64,000 nt of DNA from an uncultured Acidobacteriota bacterium (lineage in GTDB: Bacteria; Acidobacteriota; Thermoanaerobaculia; UBA5066; Gp7-AA6), in NCBI GenBank assembly GCA_963725095.1, contig CAVRXJ010000007.1, forward strand, positions 107,287 to 171,286, written 5' to 3'. Below the pieces are notes generated by a model, which did not search any database, was not told the DNA's origin, and was given only the letters and a program-made list of their open reading frames with translations. The translations under genes and the position numbers were made by a program. The number at the start of each line of letters is the position of its first letter. The stretch's first letter is position 1. Shown here one piece after another: positions 32,425 through 41,534 of this stretch.

Positions 32425-33621
32425 ATGTCCCCCATAGCGGATGAGGCGATCCACATCGTCGGGGCGGGGCCGGCCGGGCTGGCCGCGGCTGTGACCGTCG
32501 CGCGCGGCGGTCGGCGCGCGGTCGTTCACGAGCAGCGGCAGGACGTCGGCAGCCGGTTTCACGGCGATCTGCAGGGCATCGAAAACTGGACGACCCGGGA
32601 CGACGCCTTGGACGAGCTGCGCGCCTCGGGCATCGATCCCGCGTTCGGCGGACATCCGTTCCGTGAGGCCGCCTTCTACGACCCGGAAGGGCGCGAGTAC
32701 ACCTGCCGCTCGCCCACACCCATGTTCTATCTCGTCCGCCGGGGGCGCGAGCCGGACACGCTCGACCAGCGGCTCAAGACGCAGGCGCTCGCGGCCGGCG
32801 TCGAGATCCGGTTTCAGGACCCCGTTCGCCGGCTGCCCCAGGGCGGGATCGTGGCCGGCGGGCCGCGCGGATCCGACGCGATCGTCGTCGGCTACGTCTT
32901 CGAGACCCCCCGCGCCGACGGCGTCTTCGCCGTTCTCTCCGACCACCTCGCCCCTCGCGGCTACGCCTACCTTCTGGTTTCCCGCGGGCGCGGGACCGTG
33001 GCCACGTGCATCTTCGAAGACTTCCATCGCGAGAAGCTCTACCTGGAGCGAACCATCGCCTTCTTCCAGAAGAGGGCCGGCCTCGCAATGCGCCACCCCG
33101 TGCGCTTCGGCGGAACGGGCAACGTCCTGCTGCCCTCCACGGCACGGCACGGGAACATCCTGTTCGCCGGCGAGGCGGCGGGCTTTCAGGACGCGCTGTG
33201 GGGGTTCGGAATCCGCATCGCGATGCTTTCGGGCCATCTCGCGGCCCAGGCCCTGCTCGCCGGTGCGCCCGGCGACTACGACCGGCTCTGGCGCCGCCGA
33301 CTGGGCGACCTGGTGCGGGTCTCGATCGTCAACCGGTACCTGTTCGACCGGATGGAGGACCGCGGCTACGCGAGGCTCATGCGCTCGATCGGGCGCGCGG
33401 GCGACACGCGGCAGTGGTTGCACCGCCACTATGCACCGTCGCTCGGAAAGCGGCTGCTCCTCGCCCTCGCGCGCCGCGCCGCGCGTCCCCGGCGCGACCC
33501 GCCGGGGTGCACCGTTTCCGGATGCGACTGCACCTGGTGCCGCGAGCACCCGCAGGCGGACGTCCGCGTGCCGTCGCAGCGGGAAGCCCGGCTCGCATCG
33601 GCGGCCGGCACGCTCCTCTAG
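32425..33621 (+). CDS. Geranylgeranyl-reductase-like FAD-dependent oxidoreductase
   Basis: IVGAGPAGL, APRGYAY, FAGEAAGFQD.LWGFGI..A..SG; C-terminal CTVSGCDCTWC. Confidence 0.75.
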   Translation: MSPIADEAIHIVGAGPAGLAAAVTVARGGRRAVVHEQRQDVGSRFHGDLQGIENWTTRDDALDELRASGIDPAFGGHPFREAAFYDPEGREYTCRSPTPMFYLVRRGREPDTLDQRLKTQALAAGVEIRFQDPVRRLPQGGIVAGGPRGSDAIVVGYVFETPRADGVFAVLSDHLAPRGYAYLLVSRGRGTVATCIFEDFHREKLYLERTIAFFQKRAGLAMRHPVRFGGTGNVLLPSTARHGNILFAGEAAGFQDALWGFGIRIAMLSGHLAAQALLAGAPGDYDRLWRRRLGDLVRVSIVNRYLFDRMEDRGYARLMRSIGRAGDTRQWLHRHYAPSLGKRLLLALARRAARPRRDPPGCTVSGCDCTWCREHPQADVRVPSQREARLASAAGTLL

Positions 33622-33637
33622 CCCCGCGCCGGGGGCT

Positions 33638-35268
33638 TCAGGCGCGAAACGTGATCCGGCCGTCCTCGCCGAGGTCGAACCCCGACGCCAGCGGCGCCTT
33701 GGGCAGGCCGGGCATGCGCAGGATCTCGCCCGTGATCGGGATGACGAAACCCGCGCCCGCGGCGAGCTGGATCTCGCGGACCGTGACGAGGAAGTCCTTC
33801 GGGCGGCCGAGCAGCGCGGGGTTGTCCGAGAGCGACTGCTGGGTCTTCGCGATGCAGACCGGCAGCGACCCGAAGCCGAGCCGCTCGAGCTGGGCCCGGT
33901 CGCGCCGGGCGCGCGGCGCGTAGTCGACCGCCTCGGCGCCGTACATCTCCTGGGCGATCACGCGGATCTTCTCCTCGATCGGCGCGGTCCAGTCGTAGAG
34001 CGGCCGGAACGCCGCGGGCGCGTCCTGCGGTCACGGCGCGGACGACCTCGGCGAGCGCGACGCAGCCGGCGCCGCCCTCGGAGAACGGCCGGGCGGCGAC
34101 GGCCTCGAGTCCGAGCGCCGCGCAGCGCCGTCGGACCACCTCGGTCTCCTCCGGGGTGTCGGTCGGGAAGTGGTTGATCGCGACGACGCACCGCTGCTCG
34201 AACTTGCGGATGTTCTCGACGTGCTTCTCGAGGTTCTCGAGCCCGCGCTCCAGCGGCCGGCACGTCGGGCGCCGTCACCTCGGGCAGCGGCACGCCGCCG
34301 TGCATCTTGAGCGCGCGCACGGTGGCGACGAGCACCGTCGCGCTCGGCGCGAAGCCGCCGTAGCGGCAGTTGATGTCGAAGAACTTCTCGGCGCCGAGCT
34401 CGAAGGCGAAGCCGGCCTCGGTGACCACGAAGTCGGCGTACGCGAGCGCCGCGCGCGTCGCGGTGATCGAGTTGGTGCCGTGCGCGATGTTCGCGAACGG
34501 GCCGCCGTGGACGAACGCCGGCACGCCCTCGGTCGTCTGCACCAGGTTCGGCTTGATCGCGTCCCGCAGCAGCGCCGCCATCGCGCCGACCGCGCCGAGG
34601 TCGGAAGCCGTCACCGGCGAGCCGTCCGGCCGGTAGCCGACGACGATCCGGGCGAGCCGCTCCTTGAGGTCCGCGATGCCCGTCGCGAGGCACAGGATCG
34701 CCATCACCTCGCTCGCGGCCGTGATGTCGAAGCCGGTCTCGCGCGGGACGCCTTCGCCTGCCCGCCGAGGCCGATGACGATGTCGCGCAGCGCGCGGTCG
34801 TTCATGTCCATCACGCGCTTCCAGATCACGCGCCGCGAGTCGAGGCCGAGCGCGTTGCCGTGGTGCAGGTGGTTGTCCAGCAGCGCCGCCAGCAGGTTGT
34901 GCGCGCTCGAGACGGCGTGGATGTCGCCGTTGAAGTGCAGGTTGATGTCGTCGGACGGCACGACCTGCGACGCGCCGCCGCCGGTGCCGCCGCCCTTCAT
35001 GCCGAGGTACGGGCCCAGCGACGGCTCGCGCAGCGCCACGGCGGACGCGCACGCCGAGCAGCGCGAGGCCCTGCGCCAGCCCGATCGAGGTCGTCGTCTT
35101 GCCCTCGCCGGCCGGTGTCGGCGTGATCGCGGAGACGAGCACCAGCTTGCCGCGGGCGGGACGGCCGGCCAGAACGCCCGGTCGCAGCTTCGCCTTGTCG
35201 TTTCCGTAGAGTTCGAGGTCTTCCGCGTTCAGATCCAGTGCGCGGGCCACTTCGAGAATCGGTTTCAT
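33638..35268 (-). CDS. fhs: Formate--tetrahydrofolate ligase (several frameshifts)
   Basis: [54 protein letters not shown]. Confidence 0.96.
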
Positions 35269-35276
35269 GGGCGCGC

Positions 35277-35319
35277 ACTATAGAGGATGCCGGCTCCCGA
35301 GCGGCGCCGCTCCTATAAT
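35277..35319. promoter_or_regulatory. Back-to-back -10 elements for fhs (TATAGT, minus) and the Crp/Fnr gene (TATAAT, plus)
   Basis: TATAAT at 35314-35319, 6 nt before GTG 35326; ACTATA at 35277-35282, 8 nt before the fhs ATG; no RBS on either side. Confidence 0.6.
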
Positions 35320-35325
35320 CGCGCC

Positions 35326-36009
35326 GTGCCGGAGCGCCCACCGGTCCCCTTCGACGCGATCCCGAGCCTGTCGCTGCTGACCCGGGACGAGCGCAGCAAC
35401 CTGGCGCCCCTGTGCGAGCTGACCGCCTGCGAGAAGGGCGCGACGATCTTCTCCGAGGGCGATCCGGCCGAGCGCATCTACTTCCTCTTCCTCGGCCGCG
35501 TCAAGATCGTGAAGGCCGGCCCCGAACGGGACCTCATCCTCGAGATCCTGGGCCCGGGCGAGCCCGTCGGGGCCGTGGCCGCCTTCGAGCGCCGTCCCTT
35601 TCCGGCGACCGCCGTCGCGCTCGAGCCCTGCGGTCTCGTGTCGATCCCGGAGAAGGCGTTCTTTCAGCTCATCGAGAAGCACCCCGAGATCACGCGCCGC
35701 CTGCTCGCGGGCCTGACGCTGCGCCTGATGGCCCTGAACCGCCGCCTCGCCGACATGACGGGAAACGTCGAGTACCGCGCCGCCCGGCTCTTCGAAACCC
35801 TCGCCGCGCGTCTGGGCAAGGAGGGCGCCGGCGGCGTCTTCGTGCCGCTGCCCCTTTCGCGGCAGGAAATCGCGGACCTCGTCGGAACCACCGTCGAAAC
35901 GGCGATCCGCATCATGAGCCGCTGGCAGAAGGAGGCCCTGGTGGAGACCGATCCGAAGGGGTTTCTGATCCGCGACCGCGCCGCCCTCCGGGCCATCGCA
36001 CCGGAGTGA
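35326..36009 (+). CDS. Crp/Fnr-family transcriptional regulator
   Basis: IFSEGDP, GRVKI, GPGEPVG; HTH LSRQEIADLVGTTVETAIRIMS. Alternative start at 35287. Confidence 0.95.
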   Translation: MPERPPVPFDAIPSLSLLTRDERSNLAPLCELTACEKGATIFSEGDPAERIYFLFLGRVKIVKAGPERDLILEILGPGEPVGAVAAFERRPFPATAVALEPCGLVSIPEKAFFQLIEKHPEITRRLLAGLTLRLMALNRRLADMTGNVEYRAARLFETLAARLGKEGAGGVFVPLPLSRQEIADLVGTTVETAIRIMSRWQKEALVETDPKGFLIRDRAALRAIAPE

Positions 36010-36028
36010 CCCGGGGCGGCCAGAAGCG

Positions 36029-37259
36029 CTAGGCCGCCCGCGGCCTCTTCTTCCAGGCCACGTAGGGGCGGGCGAGCTGGCGCAGGGACGCGAGCTTCCA
36101 CGCGTAGAGCTGCGACGCGAAGCTGCGGGGCGCCAGGTCCCTCGCCTCCTCCGGCTGCACGACGAGCGACACTTCGATCGGAAGCACGCCGACCGGAAGC
36201 CCCGCCCGGCGACACGCGTCCCACACGTGCGCGAAGACGTCTTTCATCGCCTCCGGGTCCGGGGGTTGCTCGTTCTCGAGCTCGCTGCCGATCGTCGGCC
36301 GGAAGATGCACACGGTCGGAAACGCGCCCGCCGCGACGATCCGGTCGATGCCGCGCTTGGTCGCGGCGATCGGCTCGAGACCGGCGATGATTTCACCGGA
36401 GACGCGGCCGCGTCCGAGCCGGCGCGCCGTGTATTCCATCGCGTCGAAGAATCCCCGCTGCCCAAGCGTCGCCGCCTTTCCCGGGCAGAGGCGGGCGAAC
36501 ACCGCGGGATCCTCGAACTCGTAGCAGAAGGAGAAGTGGTCGGCACCGGCCTCGATCAGGGCGTCGTACTCGAAGAACTTGTGGCGCGGCACGGGCATGC
36601 ACTGCACGCCGATGAACCCGCCGACCTGCTCGCCGCAGCGCCTTCACGAAGGGTTCGCACTGCCGCAGCCCGTGGATCGCCTCGAGCTTGTCCACTTCCT
36701 CGTAGTGGTATCCCGTGTTCAGGTGCGTGAAGATCGCGCCTGAACCGTCGCGGGCCGCCTGCGCCACCTCGACCACGTCTTCGACCTTCTTGCGAGCCTG
36801 CTCCGACACGCCCAGGTTCTTGCCGGTCGTGCAGAACTTGCAGGCGAGCGACGGCGTCGAGGCCCAGTAGAGACACCGGTTGGAGACGTAGACGCCGAGA
36901 TAGTTTCCCTGCAGCACGCCGATGCGGCTCATCTCCGCCCCCGAGGAGGTGCGCCGCGAGTACCAGTCGGGCTCCTTCGGGATCTGAACCGGATAGGCGT
37001 CGCCGTGGCCCTCGTCCAAAACTTCGTAGGCCTCGCCGGACTTGACGAGACGAAACGGTGACGCGGCGGCGAAACGCTCGACGACCGGCACGTTGACCCA
37101 GATCGGTTTGCGGGGAGCCGGGATCACGATCTCGAGCCCCGAGCCGAGCCCCGCGCGTGTGCGCGATATCCGGCGGCCGTCCTCGCCGACTTCGCAGGAG
37201 GCGTCGATCCGGATTCCGCGGCAGAACAACTCGATCTCGAGCTCGACCGGCGCCAGCAT
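36029..37259 (-). CDS. Radical SAM protein with CX10CX2C motif (frameshift ~36635)
   Basis: RTRAGLGSGL, CLYWASTPSLACKFC, LCPGK, IIAGLEP, CIFRP; resembles MSMEG_0568/biotin-synthase-related groups (from memory). Confidence 0.8.
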
Positions 37260-37295
37260 CACCGGAAGGCTAACCGGAGCCCCTGCGGTGCCGCC

Positions 37296-37309
37296 ATGAT
37301 GCAGATCAC
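37296..37309. promoter_or_regulatory. Fnr-type / motif B variant site (ATGATGCAGATCAC)
   Basis: TGAT-N4-ATCA core centred about 43 bp upstream of the radical SAM ATG; TAGCCT -10 present. Confidence 0.6.
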
Positions 37310-37331
37310 CCAGAAGGCCACCCGTTCCATT

Positions 37332-37347
37332 TGATGGATTTGCCTCA
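37332..37347. promoter_or_regulatory. Motif A site (TGATGGATTTGCCTCA)
   Basis: Degenerate copy in the divergent radical SAM / nos-operon spacer. Confidence 0.5.
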
Positions 37348-37435
37348 GGCGCCGCCCCGGCGCAGTCCGCTGAAGTAGAGACCGAAGCGGGGCAAATCGA
37401 CCGAACGGCGAAAACAGCGAAAACCGATCGAGGGC

Positions 37436-37449
37436 ATGACGCCCGTCAT
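37436..37449. promoter_or_regulatory. Motif B site (ATGACGCCCGTCAT)
   Basis: Identical to 30550-30563; upstream of the operon leading to nosZ. Confidence 0.75.
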
Positions 37450-37490
37450 ACGCGTCGCCGCGCCGCGGCGAGATCGTCTCGGGAGGAAAG

Positions 37491-37727
37491 ATGAGCGGCC
37501 ATCGAAACAAGGCAGCATCCCAACCCAACGCGCCGGGGACCGATTTTCTCTCTCGCGGCGATGTCGCCCGGCTCTTCGGTGTGTCCGTGTCGACCGTGAC
37601 GCGATGGGCACGACTGGGGCTGCTGAAGACCGTCCGCACGCCGGGCGGCCACTACCGCTTCCCCGCGGAGGAAACCCGCCGCGCGGCGGGCCGCCCGGGG
37701 GCCGCCGAGCTGGTGAGGCTCGACTGA
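37491..37727 (+). CDS. Small BldC/excisionase-like DNA-binding protein
   Basis: LSRGDVARLFGVSVSTVTRWARLG..RTPGGHYRF; RBS GGAGG. Confidence 0.88.
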   Translation: MSGHRNKAASQPNAPGTDFLSRGDVARLFGVSVSTVTRWARLGLLKTVRTPGGHYRFPAEETRRAAGRPGAAELVRLD

Positions 37728-37729
37728 GC

Positions 37730-39664
37730 ATGGCGATTCCGATTCGGCTTCCGGACCTCGCGCACTGGAAGGCGCAGGTGAAGTGCCAGGTGGCCTGCCC
37801 CGTCCTGACCGACGCGGGGCGCTACGTCCAGCTGATCGCCGAAGGCCGCGACGAAGACGCCTTCCTGGTCGCGCGCGCGCCGAATCCCTTCGCCTCGGTC
37901 TGCGGCCGCGTCTGCGCCGCGCCGTGCGAAGACGCCTGCCGCCGCGGGGTGATCGATGCGCCGATCGCCATCCGCGCGCTCAAGCGATTCGTCACGGAGG
38001 GCTACGGCGTCGAATCCGTGCGCCCCGATACGCAGAACCGCCTGCGGGAGTCGTTGGTCGCCGAGGGAAATCGGTACCCCGGCCATCTGCCCGTTTACGG
38101 AGGGGCCGCGGCCGCCCCGGCCAGCTCCGGAAGGAAGGTCGCCGTGATCGGCGCGGGACCGGCGGGCCTCTCGGCTGCGCACGACCTGGCCCTGCTCGGG
38201 TACGCCGTCACGGTCTTCGAGGCGTCCGAAGAGCCGGGCGGCATGATGCGGTTCGGCATCCCCGAATACCGGCTGCCCCGCACGCTGATCCGCGCCGAGA
38301 TCGACAAGATCCTCTCGCTCGGCGTCGACCTGAAGCTGAAGACCCCGCTCACTCCCGAATTCGGCCTGGCGCAACTTCGCGCGCAGGGGTTCGTTTCGGT
38401 CTTTCTCTCGATCGGCGTCTCCAAGGGGCGCGACCTCCAGGTGCCGGGCGTCGAGCTGGACGGCGTCGTCAAGGCGGTCGACTACCTCTTGAACGTCAAT
38501 CGCGGGTACCGCATGGACATGGGCCAGCGGGTCGTCGTGATCGGCGGAGGGTTCGTGGCTTTCGACGCCGCCCGCACCGCGCTGCGACTCGGACGAAAGG
38601 ATCTCGGGGCGGATCTCGAGCGCATCGACGCCCTGGGCGATCACAACCTCAAGGAGGCGCTCGACTCCGCCCGCGCGGCCCTGCGCGGCGGAGCCACCGA
38701 GGTCACGATCGTCTCCCTCGAGAGCTTCGACGAAATGCCCGTTTTGAAGACGACTCAGGGGCACGAAGAGTTCGAGGAAGCCCAGAAGGAAGGGGTCGCC
38801 TTCGTTCCCCGCCGCGGGCCGCACCGCTTCCTCGGGGACGGGAAGCTGTCGGCCGTGGAGTTGAAGAGCGTCGTCTCCGTCTTCGACGCAAACGGCCGCT
38901 TCGCGCCGGCCTACGACGAGCAGGATGTGACGCGCATCGCGTGCGATGCGTGCATCCTGGCGATCGGCCAGCAGCCCGACCTCTCGTTCCTCAAGCCGGA
39001 GGACGGCGTCGCCCTGACGCCCGGAGGGACGATCCGGGTCGATCCGGTCACGCTGGCCGCGTCGGCTCCGGGCGTCTTCGCCGGGGGCGATGTCGCCTTC
39101 GGGCCGCGCAACCTCATCGAGGCCGTCGCCAACGGCAAGCGGGCCGCCCGCTCGATCCACGAGCACCTCTCGCGCCCGGCGGCTGCGCTCACGACGCTGC
39201 TCGAGATCGAGAAACTGCCCACCGCGGGTTACCGGATGATCGCGGGGTTCGAAGTGTCCGACCGCGAGGCGGCGCCCACGCTCGACCTCGGGCGCCGCAC
39301 GGGAATCGCGGAAGTCGAAACGGGCTACGGGCCGGAGCAGGCGCGGCAGCAGGCCGCGCGGTGCCTGGTCTGCCACGTCCAGACGATCTACGACCCCGAG
39401 GCCTGCGTCCTCTGCAACCGCTGCGTCGATGTGTGCCCGGAGTACTGCCTGGCGATCGTCCCCTTCGAGGCGTTGGACTTGCCCGAGACCGAGCGGGAGA
39501 TCCTCGCCGCGCGCGCCCAGGCCGATGGACTTCCCCTGTCCGCCATGGTCAAGGACGACGACCGCTGCATCCGGTGCGGGCTCTGCGCCATCCGCTGCCC
39601 GACCGACGCCATGACGATGGAACGCTTCACGATCACGGAACGATTTGCCGCCGCGGCCGGGTGA
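37730..39664 (+). CDS. GltD/NfnB/DsrL-like Fe-S flavoprotein, NAD(P)H oxidoreductase with C-terminal 2x[4Fe-4S] domain
   Basis: CQVACP, CGRVCAAPCEDAC, GAGPAG, GIPEYRLP, GGGFVA, FAGGD, RCLVC, CVLCNRCVDVCP, CIRCGLCAIRCP. Confidence 0.9.
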   Translation: MAIPIRLPDLAHWKAQVKCQVACPVLTDAGRYVQLIAEGRDEDAFLVARAPNPFASVCGRVCAAPCEDACRRGVIDAPIAIRALKRFVTEGYGVESVRPDTQNRLRESLVAEGNRYPGHLPVYGGAAAAPASSGRKVAVIGAGPAGLSAAHDLALLGYAVTVFEASEEPGGMMRFGIPEYRLPRTLIRAEIDKILSLGVDLKLKTPLTPEFGLAQLRAQGFVSVFLSIGVSKGRDLQVPGVELDGVVKAVDYLLNVNRGYRMDMGQRVVVIGGGFVAFDAARTALRLGRKDLGADLERIDALGDHNLKEALDSARAALRGGATEVTIVSLESFDEMPVLKTTQGHEEFEEAQKEGVAFVPRRGPHRFLGDGKLSAVELKSVVSVFDANGRFAPAYDEQDVTRIACDACILAIGQQPDLSFLKPEDGVALTPGGTIRVDPVTLAASAPGVFAGGDVAFGPRNLIEAVANGKRAARSIHEHLSRPAAALTTLLEIEKLPTAGYRMIAGFEVSDREAAPTLDLGRRTGIAEVETGYGPEQARQQAARCLVCHVQTIYDPEACVLCNRCVDVCPEYCLAIVPFEALDLPETEREILAARAQADGLPLSAMVKDDDRCIRCGLCAIRCPTDAMTMERFTITERFAAAAG

Positions 39665-39678
39665 AGGAGGCACACGCG

Positions 39679-40179
39679 ATGACCAAGGACCGAAGGGAAT
39701 TCCTGGTGAGGCTCGGAATCGGCAGCGGCATCGCGGCCCTCGGCGCGCAGACCGTCGCCTCGATGCGTTCGCTCGTGCCCAATGTCTCCTACGACGCGCC
39801 GACGACGGTGAAAATCGGCATGCCGAACGATTTTCCGGACGGCCTGCAGTTTCTCCCGGACCAGCGCCTCTACGTTTTCCGCGAGGGCCGAACCTTCTAC
39901 GCCATTTCCGCTGTCTGCACCCACCTCGGATGCACCGTCCGCGCGGAGGCCCTTTCGCAGGTCGAGACGAAGACCATCGACGGAAAGCCGCTGCGCCTGA
40001 CGCACCGGTTCCTCTGCCCGTGCCACGGCTCGAAGTACAACGGTGACGGAACCAACGTCTCGGGTCCGGCCCCGCGCCCGCTCACCTGGTACCACCTCTC
40101 GGTCGCGCCGGAGGACGGTCAGCTGGTCGTCGACCTGGTGCGCCCCGTGGACCGTGACTTTCGCCTGACGGTCGCGTGA
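39679..40179 (+). CDS. Rieske [2Fe-2S] protein
   Basis: Tat DRREFL, CTHLGC, CPCHGS; RBS AAGGAGG. Confidence 0.93.
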   Translation: MTKDRREFLVRLGIGSGIAALGAQTVASMRSLVPNVSYDAPTTVKIGMPNDFPDGLQFLPDQRLYVFREGRTFYAISAVCTHLGCTVRAEALSQVETKTIDGKPLRLTHRFLCPCHGSKYNGDGTNVSGPAPRPLTWYHLSVAPEDGQLVVDLVRPVDRDFRLTVA

Positions 40180-40189
40180 AGGAGACCGC

Positions 40190-41533
40190 ATGAGACCGAA
40201 CCCCGAGAACTCGACCCCTCCCGCCGCTCCCGGCGTGCACCCGAAGCGCTGGTGGAGCTTTCGACCCGCCTCCGACCGGCAGGCGGGCGACGCGATCGTC
40301 TCCAACTTCCTGCTCCACTGGTTCCCCGCCAAGAGCTACAAGCCGTCGCTCGCCTGGAGCTACTCGCTGTGGCTCGGCACGGTCTCGGCCGCCCTGCTCT
40401 TCCTGCTGATCCTCTCCGGCCTTCCGCTGCTCTTCCTCTACATCCCCTCCGTCGAGCGAGCCTACGCCTCGGTCAAGGACATCGAGTACGTCATCACCTT
40501 CGGCTCCTGGATCCGCGCCGTTCACCGGGTCTCGGCCCACCTGATGGTCGCCGCCGTGTTCCTGCACCTGGTGCGCGTGTTCCTGACAGGCGCCTACAAG
40601 AACGGCGTCGGCCAGAACCAGCGGCGCGAATGGAACTGGGTCTTCGGCGTCGCCATGCTCCTCCTGACGCTCTTCCTCTCCTTCACCGGATACCTCCTGC
40701 CCTGGGATCAGCTCGCCTACTGGGCGGTCACCGTCGGCACGAACATCGCGTCCTCGGTGCCGTTCGTCGGCCCGACGGCGCGCGAGCTGCTCATCGGCGG
40801 ACGGACGATCGAGCAGGCGACGCTCATCCGCTTCTACGTCCTCCACATCCTCTTCCTGCCCATGCTGATCGGCGCGCTCTTCGGCTACCACATGTGGCGG
40901 GTGCGCAAGGACGGAGGGCTCGCCCGCGCCGACGCCGCGAAGCTCGCCGCGGAAAGGGCGGAACGACCGGCGTCGAAGTCGAAGACCTACACCCTGCTCG
41001 GCATCGCGCGGGGGACCTCGCCGCAGGTCCGGGCTTCTTCGCTCGAGGCCCAGGGCATGACGGTGAACTCGGTTCCGGACCTGACCCGGCGCATCGCGAT
41101 CGCGATCCTGGGGACGATCGCGCTGGTCGGGATCCTGTCCGTCTTCGTCCGGTCGCCTCTCGAGGAGCCGGCCAATCCGCTCATCACGCCCAACCCGGCC
41201 AAGGCGCCCTGGTACTTCCTGTGGCTGCAGGAGATCGTCACCGACACGACGGTCCACCTGGGCTCCGTCACCATCAACGGAGCCTTCCTCGGCGGCGTCG
41301 TGCTGCCGGGCGTGCTCCTCGTGCTCTTGACCGTCTGGCCCTGGCTCGACAAGAGCCCGGCCGGCGCGGCGGGCATCTGGTTCGCGGGCAGCCGGCGTCG
41401 GCAGAACACCGTGTTCCTGCTCCTCGTCGCGGGCGTCCTCATCCTGACCGTCGTGGGCACCTTCCTGCGCGGCCCGTACTGGCACTTCTACTGGCCCTGG
41501 CAGCCGTGGCCGCAACTTCCGTCGAGGATCTGA
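40190..41533 (+). CDS. Cytochrome b/b6 (fused subunit IV) with APWY in place of PEWY
   Basis: RAVH..LH, FTGYLLPW, RFYVLH-x14-H, NPAKAPWYF. Confidence 0.92.
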   Translation: MRPNPENSTPPAAPGVHPKRWWSFRPASDRQAGDAIVSNFLLHWFPAKSYKPSLAWSYSLWLGTVSAALLFLLILSGLPLLFLYIPSVERAYASVKDIEYVITFGSWIRAVHRVSAHLMVAAVFLHLVRVFLTGAYKNGVGQNQRREWNWVFGVAMLLLTLFLSFTGYLLPWDQLAYWAVTVGTNIASSVPFVGPTARELLIGGRTIEQATLIRFYVLHILFLPMLIGALFGYHMWRVRKDGGLARADAAKLAAERAERPASKSKTYTLLGIARGTSPQVRASSLEAQGMTVNSVPDLTRRIAIAILGTIALVGILSVFVRSPLEEPANPLITPNPAKAPWYFLWLQEIVTDTTVHLGSVTINGAFLGGVVLPGVLLVLLTVWPWLDKSPAGAAGIWFAGSRRRQNTVFLLLVAGVLILTVVGTFLRGPYWHFYWPWQPWPQLPSRI

Positions 41534-41534
41534 C

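Noticed and set aside
33638-35268. fhs as evidence of a Wood-Ljungdahl pathway
   Set aside because: No CODH/ACS, folD or metF genes in the window.
37491-37727. Excisionase of a prophage or integrative element
   Set aside because: No integrase, att-like repeats, tRNA or phage genes nearby.
37730-39664. Glutamate synthase small subunit or DsrL of sulfur metabolism
   Set aside because: No gltB or dsr genes nearby; the context is a Rieske/cytochrome b operon.
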